From positions 656 to 64,655 of the forward strand of contig JAWCTJ010000002.1 of the NCBI GenBank assembly GCA_038868255.1: a DNA stretch of 64,000 bases, given 5' to 3'. Positions 1 through 8,608 of this stretch are shown one piece after another. This stretch comes from Candidatus Bathyarchaeia archaeon. GTDB lineage: Archaea > Thermoproteota > Bathyarchaeia > Bathyarchaeales > Bathycorpusculaceae. A program made the position numbers and the translations under genes. The notes under the pieces were generated by a model that made no database searches, was not told where the DNA came from, and was given only the letters and a program-made list of their open reading frames with translations. How positions within the stretch are numbered: the first letter of the stretch is position 1; each line of letters starts with the position of its first letter.

Positions 1-1
1 A

Positions 2-271
2 GAAGATGTATGGTTCAAAAATGAGGCAGGTAATTCCATAATATGCGTATACATACGCAACACGGGAAAGTCCACAATACAAATATCAGATGTCTACATA
101 AACAGCGCCCGCGTAAACCGCATAAACCTTTCACCCCGAATGCTCGAGCTTAATGATGGGGAGCATGGATGGCTAAACATAACCTATTCATGGGAGCAGA
201 GGAGGGTCTACAAAATTGAAATAGTGACTAAGAGGGGGACGAAAGTTGGAGACTATTACAAAGCGCCATAA
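2..271 (+). CDS. C-terminal fragment of a hypothetical beta-rich protein, possibly archaeal pilin/FlaF-G-like (runs off the 5' edge)
   Basis: Frame 2 is open from the window edge to TAA at 269-271. It translates to ...ICVYIRNTGKSTIQISDVYINSARVNRINL...YKIEIVTKRGTKVGDYYKAP, an alternating beta pattern typical of archaeal pilin-like ectodomains. It is not in the ORF track because it has no start codon in the window. Confidence 0.35.
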   Translation, partial: EDVWFKNEAGNSIICVYIRNTGKSTIQISDVYINSARVNRINLSPRMLELNDGEHGWLNITYSWEQRRVYKIEIVTKRGTKVGDYYKAP

Positions 272-2285
272 AAGTTTCATATATGATGGCATGGGCGTAA
301 GCAACGCCCTAGTAGTACTTCTGAGTCTAATCCTAATCACCATAATAGTTGCAAATGTGGTGATATGGGGCTATCAGATGAATCAGCTTGACTGGGAAAA
401 AGAACAAGAAAACCTCAGAGTGCTTAATGTAGAACGCAATAACTCAGTGCTCGGAGCTAGTAGTCTACTTGTCTTGAACGGCGACCAAATAAGCGGAATT
501 ATAAATGATACATGGGAAGTCGATGATTTTTACATATCTTTTGCGGAAAAGAAATTGACAGGGGAAAGTGCAAGTGTCAACTATTATCCAAGCAGCAGCT
601 CCACTCAGGGCGGTACCCAACATATCTCAGGGTCAATAAAAAGCTTATACATGATTGGTGATGAGGATTACATGCGATTTCAAAGTTATGACTCTTACAA
701 TTATGTTTATTCCCAAATAACTTTTGTTTCTAGTGGAACAGGGAGCGGCGCTACTCAGGGGCAATTAACGCCATCATATCCGCCGAATTTACAGGCGGGT
801 GATTTAATTCTTCTTCAGATAGTTGTTTGGGATAGTGCAATCAGTATTTCTACGCCAATTGGTTTTACGCATTTGTATACAGATAAAAATGAAACGAATT
901 CTTGGCAACAATGGATCTTCTATAAAAATGCAACAGGCTTTGAAAGTGGAACTGTCACCATAACCATCGGAGGTAATGCTCTAAAAATGGCTAGGATGTA
1001 TGCTTTTCGTAATGTTGATATATGCATAAGTGAGGGTAAAAATTTCAAGAGTGGGCAAAGTACACGAGTTTATGCACCATCAGTGACTACATCAGGACCT
1101 AAACGTTTAGCTATTGCGTTTGTTTCCATAAAAGATGATGTTGCTGTAAGTAGTTTTACTGGCGAAACTGGAGGAGATTGGATCGAACAAACTGAAGAAT
1201 ATCGTTTTAAATCTGGGAATGACAGAGGTTGTTTGCAATTGCAAAGCGCCGCCTTGGAAAATATGGGGGAGATAACTGGCGGGTATTTCGACATTACCGC
1301 TCAAAAAGCCCCTGCTTGGGGGGTTAGTGCCTTCGCATTGGTGCCTAAAAGAGTTTTGGCTTCAGTTCAGCTTGTGGAAGTGCTGTTTAATGGCACGTGC
1401 GATAATGCAGCAGATTTGTCAAGTCTAACTTTGACAGTGTGCAGTAGATCAAATGTTACGGGAGTAATTGAAAAACTTCAGTTATATAATTACCGATCGG
1501 GAGCGTACTCCACATCTGGACAAGGCTACTGCGAATATATAGCGGGGAAAGATGACGAAAATGTAAGTTTAAGCATTACTATTAATCCTGCGTATTTCAT
1601 TGATGCTGAAACAGGTGAATGGAGCTTAAAAATTAGCGCATTAGCTTCGATCGCGGAGCCTTTTGAGTTTTGGGTAGACTATATCGAATTAAAGGCTGAA
1701 TCACAAAGCGTGGGTGAAACCTATGGTCTATCCTTAATTGGGAATTTCCCTATGAACTTGACCGCGTTTCCTCTCAGCGAAGTATTCTCAATCGAGATCC
1801 ATCTTAGATTTAGGGCAAGCGACGGGGGTGAATACTGGCTTTTGAAAGCCTATGACTGGTTAGGTCAGAACTACACTGAGATAGGCAGTCTTTCTCCAGC
1901 GTTGTCTTTCCGGTATTACATTTTAAGCTTGGGAAACAACTGGCAAAGGTACGTTAACCCTGCTAATGGCACTATAAGACTTCTCTTTTCCGATGAAGCT
2001 TTAGACCGCACTCCTACAATAATTGATATAGACTTGTTCACAGTCAAAGTGATTCTTAAAAACGGCGCCATTTTTACATTTCAAAACGAAGGTGCATCTG
2101 TAACCCGCATAGTGGCTATATGGGTTAATAATATAACACATCATAATCGTTATGACATTGACATCTTTGTAAACCTTGGAGAAATCTTCATCCATCCTTG
2201 TGGTGAGATTAATCTGCCTGATGGTGATTTCATTGTTAAAGTTGTCACGGAAAGAGGAAATGTGGTTGTATTCGCCAGTAGATAA
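246..2285 (+). CDS. Large extracellular protein with a class III (type IV pilin-like) signal peptide; function unknown
   Basis: 679-aa ORF with a TTG start at 246 and an alternative ATG at 291. The N-terminus KRHKSFIYDGMGVSNALVVLLSLILITIIVANVV is basic, followed by G-V-S and about 22 hydrophobic residues. About a dozen N-x-S/T sequons are present (NNS, NDT, NET, NAT, NGT, NVT, NVS, NLT, NYT, NIT). Confidence 0.55.
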   Translation: METITKRHKSFIYDGMGVSNALVVLLSLILITIIVANVVIWGYQMNQLDWEKEQENLRVLNVERNNSVLGASSLLVLNGDQISGIINDTWEVDDFYISFAEKKLTGESASVNYYPSSSSTQGGTQHISGSIKSLYMIGDEDYMRFQSYDSYNYVYSQITFVSSGTGSGATQGQLTPSYPPNLQAGDLILLQIVVWDSAISISTPIGFTHLYTDKNETNSWQQWIFYKNATGFESGTVTITIGGNALKMARMYAFRNVDICISEGKNFKSGQSTRVYAPSVTTSGPKRLAIAFVSIKDDVAVSSFTGETGGDWIEQTEEYRFKSGNDRGCLQLQSAALENMGEITGGYFDITAQKAPAWGVSAFALVPKRVLASVQLVEVLFNGTCDNAADLSSLTLTVCSRSNVTGVIEKLQLYNYRSGAYSTSGQGYCEYIAGKDDENVSLSITINPAYFIDAETGEWSLKISALASIAEPFEFWVDYIELKAESQSVGETYGLSLIGNFPMNLTAFPLSEVFSIEIHLRFRASDGGEYWLLKAYDWLGQNYTEIGSLSPALSFRYYILSLGNNWQRYVNPANGTIRLLFSDEALDRTPTIIDIDLFTVKVILKNGAIFTFQNEGASVTRIVAIWVNNITHHNRYDIDIFVNLGEIFIHPCGEINLPDGDFIVKVVTERGNVVVFASR

Positions 2286-2297
2286 TAGGGTTCTGTT

Positions 2298-3284
2298 CTA
2301 AGGCACTGCTAGTTTTTCTTTTAGAACAGTTGTGATTTCCTTTGCATCTTTTGCTTCTATTATGTTGATTTTGTAGAGCTCCGCCATTTTTTTCCCGTTC
2401 TCATTTAATTTAGGAATAGCTATTAGATAGGCAATATCGGGAGAGACGTCGAAAACCTTAGCGAACAGTGCGATTATGGGTTGCTCTGGCACTAATCCTT
2501 CGGGGGATGTGGCTACATCCATAACCATCAAGCATTTCTTTTCAGCGCCCATAGTGGCCACAAGGTCGAACATATGGTTAGCGCCTGATCTGCCTCTCAG
2601 GAAGGCTGGTGCTTCAACTTCAAAACCTACCCCCTTCAAAAACTCTCTTATAGGCGCTACGAATATCCATCCTGCCTCTATCTCACCTCTAACTTCCTCG
2701 TTTAGGCTATAGGCGTAAACATCTTGTGTTTCACTGTCCTCGAAGGCGAACTTGGATTGGCAGTCTCTGCAGAAGTGTCTTGGAACGGGTATGTCAAAGC
2801 TTTTACCACATTCTTTGCATGTGCACCATATTCCTGCACGTCTATAATCTAAGTCGAGATTTTTCAGTTCCATTCGGCACTTTGGGCAGATTAGCTTGTT
2901 TGCGACTCTGAAGTTTTCCTCTATACCTATGTATCCACACTTTACATGCTCTATTAGTGAGTCCTTTTTTATGTTGAAGGATCTGCAGTATGGGCAGCAG
3001 TAATGCGTAGAAACATTGTGGGAGCCGCAGTGGGGGCAGTATATAACCTTATCATAAAGCCTCCTTTTTAGTATGCCCACCTCATAAAGCCTGTTTAAGA
3101 ATTCCCCGACGCCGGAGGCTCCTTCAAGGATCTCTTCTACAACTGGGTACCTATAGCCTGCTTTAGGCTCGAAAACGGGTTGGAGTTCACCTATTTCCCC
3201 GCTTATGAACTTGCTTAAGAAGACAAGGTTTCTTCTATCCTTGTAGAGCTCTGCCCTCTCAGACTTGTCTGGTTTCCGCTGCAT
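2298..3284 (-). CDS. Multi-zinc-ribbon protein with a C-terminal alpha/beta domain (TackOD1-like)
   Basis: 328 aa with five CxxC pairs (CPHC, CPYC, CPKC, CKEC, CRDC) in the middle third. The C-terminal 130 aa (GANHMFDLVAT...VMDVATS...YLIAIP) alternate in an alpha/beta pattern. The TackOD1 assignment is from memory of that family's description, not from a search. Confidence 0.5.
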   Translation of the reverse strand: MQRKPDKSERAELYKDRRNLVFLSKFISGEIGELQPVFEPKAGYRYPVVEEILEGASGVGEFLNRLYEVGILKRRLYDKVIYCPHCGSHNVSTHYCCPYCRSFNIKKDSLIEHVKCGYIGIEENFRVANKLICPKCRMELKNLDLDYRRAGIWCTCKECGKSFDIPVPRHFCRDCQSKFAFEDSETQDVYAYSLNEEVRGEIEAGWIFVAPIREFLKGVGFEVEAPAFLRGRSGANHMFDLVATMGAEKKCLMVMDVATSPEGLVPEQPIIALFAKVFDVSPDIAYLIAIPKLNENGKKMAELYKINIIEAKDAKEITTVLKEKLAVP

Positions 3285-3441
3285 TCTCTTCCCATGCCAA
3301 CATTACACATAAGGTAGCTGCCAACATCTTAAGAGAGGCTATAAACCCATTAATAAGCTTATATAAATATGAATCTATATTAAAGACAGACTGGAAAAGC
3401 TTAATCCGTACCTTGAAACTTTCTGTGAATGGTGTCCGCTG

Positions 3442-3597
3442 GTGAGTCAAGGTTCAAAAAAGATCCTGCACTGCCCCAAATGCGGCTTTACATTTGACAT
3501 ATCCTATGGCAGAGTGTTCGCCTGCTCAGGTTGCCCCTCGACGGTACACTGTGGATATGCCAAATGCCCGAAATGCCAACATGAGTTCCCGTTGTAG
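3442..3597 (+). CDS. Small zinc-ribbon protein (about 51 aa from GTG; true start uncertain)
   Basis: Translates to (V/M)SQGSKKILHCPKCGFTFDISYGRVFACSGCPSTVHCGYAKCPKCQHEFPL*. The frame is open back to 3373 and contains a further in-frame CEWC at 3424-3435, but no ATG/GTG/TTG lies upstream of 3442. It is below the ORF-track size cut-off. Confidence 0.4.
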   Translation: MSQGSKKILHCPKCGFTFDISYGRVFACSGCPSTVHCGYAKCPKCQHEFPL

Positions 3598-3735
3598 CTT
3601 CACATTCATCTTGGATTTGCTGCGAGGTTATCCGCATAGTCTGACAAACTTTATTGAAATCCACTTTAATTGTATTGGTATATACCCGAAAAAGTTATCG
3701 AAGCCTAAAATAAAGGAGTTACTTGAGGCTGTAGA

Positions 3736-4599
3736 ATGAATACTCGCCCAAGATTCGGCCCGGCAGGCATCCCCCCGCCTTTTAAGGTTATGAAAGCTTC
3801 CCTTACGGATGTTCCGAGGCTTCTTAGAGAGGAGGGGCTTGACGCCTTTGAATATCAGGCTGTACGCTGGGGTGAGAAACCCCAAATAAGGCGTGAGGAT
3901 GCTGAAAAGTTAGGTTTAAAATCCAGGGAAAACGATGTGCTGCTAAGCATTCACGGTTCATATTTCATAAATCTCTGCGGAGAAAAGGAGACCGTCAAAG
4001 CCAGCAAAAACCGCTTAATTGCCTGCGCCACTGCAGCTCAATGGATGGACGCCCAGCCTGTGGTTTTCCATGTGGGTTACTATGGTAAGCGCACTCCCAA
4101 ACATGTTTTCGAGATATGCAAAGAAGCCCTGAAGGATGTTGTTGAAAGGATGCGAAGCCTAGGACTCGGCGGCATCAAGCTTGGACCTGAAACCATGGGT
4201 AAACTTTCACAGTTCGGCAGCCTTGATGAAATTCTGGCACTTTGTGAGCAAGTTGAGCAGGTCCAGCCGGTCATAGACTGGGCTCATCTGCACGCGAGAG
4301 ATCATGGACGCTTCAAGACAGCTGATGACTTCCGCGATGTTATCGTGGAAATCGAAAACCGCCTGGGAGCAAGCGCCGTCAAGAATATGCATTGCCACTT
4401 TACCAAGATCGAGTTCACAGATAAGGGTGAGAAGCGTCATCACGTGCTGGACGAGAAAGACTATGGACCGGATTTCGAGCTCCTCGCCAGCGTCATAGCC
4501 GAGTTTAAACTAAACCCAGTAATCATAAGCGAAAGTCCAATACTGGATATCGATGCAATTAAAATGCGCGATATACTCGTGAAAAAGCTTCAAGGATAA
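3736..4599 (+). CDS. nfo: Endonuclease IV-like AP endonuclease (xylose-isomerase-like TIM barrel)
   Basis: Motifs SIHGSYFINL, VFHVGYYG, IDWAHLHARD and MHCHFT correspond to the metal-ligand motifs of AP endonuclease family 2. Confidence 0.7.
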   Translation: MNTRPRFGPAGIPPPFKVMKASLTDVPRLLREEGLDAFEYQAVRWGEKPQIRREDAEKLGLKSRENDVLLSIHGSYFINLCGEKETVKASKNRLIACATAAQWMDAQPVVFHVGYYGKRTPKHVFEICKEALKDVVERMRSLGLGGIKLGPETMGKLSQFGSLDEILALCEQVEQVQPVIDWAHLHARDHGRFKTADDFRDVIVEIENRLGASAVKNMHCHFTKIEFTDKGEKRHHVLDEKDYGPDFELLASVIAEFKLNPVIISESPILDIDAIKMRDILVKKLQG

Positions 4600-4671
4600 T
4601 AACTTGGGCAGTCCACATCGAAGTATTGCGATAGGTTTTTCTATATTGGCGGTCTGCTGATTATAGGTGCA

Positions 4672-5910
4672 GTGATTTTGGTTCAGCTTAAGGGTTTCAA
4701 AAAACTTGTCCCAGTTGAAACAGCCCTGGAAATGCTTTTTGATAATTTGACGTTTAAATCGCCTGAAACCGAGAATGTTTCCATCTACGATGCACTTAAC
4801 AAGGTTTTAGCCTTAGACGTAAAGGCTGATGAGGACCTCCCGGGATTCGACCGCTCAGCAGTTGATGGATACGCCGTCAGAGCCAAAGACACTCTGGGGG
4901 CTACTCAGTTCAAGCCAAAGATCCTTAAACTAACGTTAGAAGATGAGCTCAGAGAAGGCGAGGCTAAGGAGGTTTGGACTGGAAACCCATTGCCAAATGG
5001 CGCAGACGCCGTTGTTATGCTTGAAAATGTAAAGCGCTTAAATGGGCAAATAGAAGTTTGGGCCCCTGTTACGCCTGGAGAGAATGTTTCAAAGCGTGGC
5101 GAGGACGTAGCACGCGGACAAGTGGCCGTAAAGGCTCATACGAGGCTGAAGCCCTATCATTTGGGCATTATAGCCGCCCTCGGTATAAACAAAGTGCCTG
5201 TTTTCAGAACACCAAAAGTTGCGGTGTTGGCCACCGGGAACGAGCTTGTAGAGCCCGGCCAGAAACCCTCCGCCGGACAAGTCGTTGAAGTTAACAGGCT
5301 CATTTTGTCAATGATGTGTCGAGAGCTTGGCGCTGAACCTGTAGATTTAGGGATTGCAAGGGACGATATAGAAGAGATCTCTCATAAAATAAAGATCGGA
5401 CTTGATATAGCTGATGTGGTTTTAACCACTGGAGGGACAAGTGTAGGTGCTCTGGACCTGGTTCCATCAGCTGTGGACAGAATTGGAAAGCCGGGTGTGA
5501 TAGTTCACGGTGTCGCCATGCGTCCAGCGATGCCCACAGCCTTAGCAGTTGTACAGAATAAGCCAATCGTGATTCTTTCAGGAAATCCCGTGGCCGCCAT
5601 CTTCGGGTTCGAGGTCTTCGCCAGACCTTTAATTCTCAAAATAATGGGCTTAGAACATGAGCCGAGACCGATCGTTACTGCTAAACTGACTAGGAAGGTT
5701 TCCACGGCTCTTGGAAGAAAGACATTCGTTCGCGTGCGAGTGTTTCAGCAGAATGGTGAAATTCTAGCTGAACCAATAAGCTCCAGAGGCTCAGGTATAA
5801 TATCCACCATGGTTAAGGCTAATGGCTACGTAGTGGCTCCAGAAAACCGCGAGGGACTACTTGAGGGTGAGGCTGTTCAAGTACATCTATTCAACGCTTT
5901 CGAGGTGTAA
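4672..5910 (+). CDS. moeA: Molybdopterin molybdo/tungsto-transferase MoeA (paralog 1)
   Basis: 412 aa with RSAVDGYAVRAKD, GNPLPNGADAVVMLE, TTGGTSVG and LSGNPVAA, the standard MoeA layout. Confidence 0.85.
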   Translation: MILVQLKGFKKLVPVETALEMLFDNLTFKSPETENVSIYDALNKVLALDVKADEDLPGFDRSAVDGYAVRAKDTLGATQFKPKILKLTLEDELREGEAKEVWTGNPLPNGADAVVMLENVKRLNGQIEVWAPVTPGENVSKRGEDVARGQVAVKAHTRLKPYHLGIIAALGINKVPVFRTPKVAVLATGNELVEPGQKPSAGQVVEVNRLILSMMCRELGAEPVDLGIARDDIEEISHKIKIGLDIADVVLTTGGTSVGALDLVPSAVDRIGKPGVIVHGVAMRPAMPTALAVVQNKPIVILSGNPVAAIFGFEVFARPLILKIMGLEHEPRPIVTAKLTRKVSTALGRKTFVRVRVFQQNGEILAEPISSRGSGIISTMVKANGYVVAPENREGLLEGEAVQVHLFNAFEV

Positions 5911-5916
5911 ACGCTG

Positions 5917-7155
5917 ATGTTTAGAGGTCTCGTGACAATAGAAGAGGCTAAGATGATTATAAACCAAAACTTTAGAGCTGAACCCCTCGGCGTTGAGGAA
6001 GTGCGACTTTTGGAAGCTTTTAATCGTGTTTTAGCGGAGGACGTAGTTGCTCCATTGGATATTCCGCCGTTTAATCGTTCTACAGTGGACGGTTATGCTG
6101 TTAGATCCGAAGACACGTACGGGGCTGAGGAAAATAAGCCGGTAAGGCTTAAGTTCATAGGGTTGGTGAACGTGGGCGAAATGCCGATGACTTCTGTGAA
6201 GCCGGGAACGGCTATGGAGATAATGACGGGCGCTCCGATGCCTGAAGGAGCAGACGCCGTTGTGATGGCTGAGGAAGCTGAACGTAAAGGTGAAGAGGTA
6301 TACATCTACAACGCAGTGGCTAAGGATGAAAATGTCATGAAAGCTGGATCTGACATAAAAAGAGGTGAGGCTGTCCTGTTTGCTGGACAGTTGCTTGGTG
6401 CCAGGGAGATTGGGGGTCTAGCTGCGATCGGTCTGGATAGAGTTAAGGTTTACCGGATGCCGGTTGTGGCAGTTTTATCTACAGGCGCCGAGGTAACGGA
6501 ACCCGGAAAGCCTCTGTCGCCGGCCAAAATCTATGATATTAACGCTTACAGCCTAAGCGCGGCAGTAACGGAGTGCGGAGGCAAGCCTTTCTACTTAGGC
6601 GTCTATCAAGATGACCCTTCAGAGATTGAGAATGCCCTTAAAAAAGCCCTGGAAACGGCTGATGTGGTCTTAACTTCTGGAGGCGTTTCAGTAGGGCCCA
6701 AAGATGTTCTGCCTAAAACCCTCAGTTTGCTTGGGAAGCCCGGACTGATCATATGTGGCATAGCTACAAAGCCTGGAAAACCCACATCAGTGGCTTCTGT
6801 AAATGGTAAACCAGTTTTTTCACTTCCAGGGCACCCTACTTCCGCCCTTCTAATATTCAACCTGCTGGTTCGCCCATTCATCGAGCGCTTGGCAGGTCGA
6901 AACCCAACCGAAAGCCCAAAGGTGAAAGCCAGGGCATCCACAAGAATGTTCTCCGCCAAAGGACGAAGAACCTATGTAACCGTTAAACTCAAAAGAGATG
7001 AGTCAGGCAGACTTTGGGCTGAACCAGTCTCCACGGGTCAGTCAGGGGCCATAACAACGCTCCTAAGGGCTGACGGATATGTGGAAATTCCGGAGAACCA
7101 ACAGTTTATTGATGCCGGTGAGGAGATTCAAGTAAGTTTATTTGCAAGAACCTAA
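5917..7155 (+). CDS. moeA: Molybdopterin molybdo/tungsto-transferase MoeA (paralog 2)
   Basis: 412 aa with RSTVDGYAVRSED, GAPMPEGADAVVMAE, TSGGVSVG and LPGHPTSA. It starts 6 nt after paralog 1. Confidence 0.85.
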   Translation: MFRGLVTIEEAKMIINQNFRAEPLGVEEVRLLEAFNRVLAEDVVAPLDIPPFNRSTVDGYAVRSEDTYGAEENKPVRLKFIGLVNVGEMPMTSVKPGTAMEIMTGAPMPEGADAVVMAEEAERKGEEVYIYNAVAKDENVMKAGSDIKRGEAVLFAGQLLGAREIGGLAAIGLDRVKVYRMPVVAVLSTGAEVTEPGKPLSPAKIYDINAYSLSAAVTECGGKPFYLGVYQDDPSEIENALKKALETADVVLTSGGVSVGPKDVLPKTLSLLGKPGLIICGIATKPGKPTSVASVNGKPVFSLPGHPTSALLIFNLLVRPFIERLAGRNPTESPKVKARASTRMFSAKGRRTYVTVKLKRDESGRLWAEPVSTGQSGAITTLLRADGYVEIPENQQFIDAGEEIQVSLFART

Positions 7156-7156
7156 A

Positions 7157-7513
7157 TTACTCGGTGAAAATTCTTCTCTTCGAGATTGTGTAGCCCGTGA
7201 AAACCCATATAAGAATCAGATAAACAGCCGCCACAATGGCTAATGCAATATCAACGCTTATCCCATAATAGAACATAGCAACCGAGAAAGCTGTGGATGT
7301 AAAGAAGAGGATCGCTGCAAACCATACGAACAAGCCCAACTTTCTGAGTAGGCAGAAAGCCGTGAGTAGACTGAGTGCTCCAATAATGGCCATGTGAATC
7401 ATTCTAGTGTCAAGGGATAAAACAGCTAAGCATACTAATCCGCTAACCAGGTAGAAACATATCGCCGCAATTCTTCCCAGACCTTTAACCTTAAGTTCTT
7501 CCATAAAGCCCAT
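7157..7513 (-). CDS. Small integral membrane protein (about 4 TM), function unknown
   Basis: 118 aa, almost entirely hydrophobic helices. No catalytic motif was recognised. Confidence 0.5.
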   Translation of the reverse strand: MGFMEELKVKGLGRIAAICFYLVSGLVCLAVLSLDTRMIHMAIIGALSLLTAFCLLRKLGLFVWFAAILFFTSTAFSVAMFYYGISVDIALAIVAAVYLILIWVFTGYTISKRRIFTE

Positions 7514-7679
7514 CTCAGCCCCCTAGTTCCAAATTTAGTGCATATTAATGTTGTTGAGTTAATAAATTATGCTGTGAAACAGTAATGCTTTTCCTATACG
7601 TTGTCATGTCAGGCTGACACGCCAAGCGAAAAGGTTTAGAATCCGCCCGGTCAAATAGGCATGCACGGCAAAACGTGGG

Positions 7680-8591
7680 GTGGCGCGCTTTATGGGATAC
7701 AGAGAGCTGTTCACTTCTCAGTCGAATGTTTTTAGCGGTTTCTGCAAGTCCTTCAATGAGGCTGATTACGTTGTTATCGGTGTTCCCTTTGATGTGACAA
7801 GCACATATCGTACTGGGGCCAGATTTGGACCAAACGCCATAAGGGCGGCGTCTTTGAATATTGAAACATACAGTTTCAGAACTGGAATGGATGTTGAGGA
7901 TATCCGGGTACATGATTTAGGCGACTTGCACGTTTCTACGGATACTCTGCAGACATTAGAGAAGCTTGAGCTTGTCGTTAAGGAGGTTGTAGAAAAGGGA
8001 AAGAAACCCGTGGTCATAGGTGGAGAGCATACCATCACCCTCGGGGTCTTGAAAGGCTTCGGCGCCAAGGTCTCAAAAACCGCGATGATCAGCTTAGATG
8101 CACACCTGGATCTTCGGGACGAATTTATGGGACTGAGACTCTCCCACACCACGTTCATGCGTAGAATTAACGAGGAAGTCAAACCGGTAAAAATAGTTGA
8201 GGCGGGTACGCGGGCTGTGTGCAAGGAGGAAATCCAATATGCCCAGAAAAATGAAATAACATACTTGACGGCGCATCAGATTAAAAAGGCAGGTGTAGAG
8301 CAAGCTATAAAACTGCTGAAGAAAGAGCTTGAGGACGTTGAAAACATCTATATATCCGTGGACATGGATGTGCTGGATCCCGCATATGCCCCAGCAGTGC
8401 AGAACCCTGAGCCTGAGGGGCTTGTTCCGTCAAACCTGCTAGATATACTTTATGAAATGTGTGACAAGCGCCTTTTAGGATTCGACGTGGTAGAGGTGGC
8501 GCCTAACTATGACATGGGGGTAACTGCCATCCAAGCTGCAAAAGTAATTTTTGAAATGCTGTGCAATCTCGAGCGCTGGAGAAAAAGCTAA
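7680..8591 (+). CDS. speB: Agmatinase (arginase/ureohydrolase family)
   Basis: Mn-ligand motifs GGEHTIT, LDAHLDLRD and SVDMDVLDPAYAP. GTG at 7680 or ATG at 7692 are both possible starts. Confidence 0.85.
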   Translation: MARFMGYRELFTSQSNVFSGFCKSFNEADYVVIGVPFDVTSTYRTGARFGPNAIRAASLNIETYSFRTGMDVEDIRVHDLGDLHVSTDTLQTLEKLELVVKEVVEKGKKPVVIGGEHTITLGVLKGFGAKVSKTAMISLDAHLDLRDEFMGLRLSHTTFMRRINEEVKPVKIVEAGTRAVCKEEIQYAQKNEITYLTAHQIKKAGVEQAIKLLKKELEDVENIYISVDMDVLDPAYAPAVQNPEPEGLVPSNLLDILYEMCDKRLLGFDVVEVAPNYDMGVTAIQAAKVIFEMLCNLERWRKS

Positions 8592-8608
8592 AATGGTAAT
8601 TCAGCCAG

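Noticed and set aside
3494-3739. 81-aa plus-strand ORF from the track
   Set aside because: It is in a different frame from the cysteine-rich ribbon ORF (3442..3597), has no motifs, and runs into the nfo start.
7545-7913. 122-aa minus-strand ORF overlapping the agmatinase 5' end and promoter region
   Set aside because: It has no recognisable motifs and a Cys/Arg-rich odd composition, and it overlaps a confidently called gene. It is most likely an antisense artefact.
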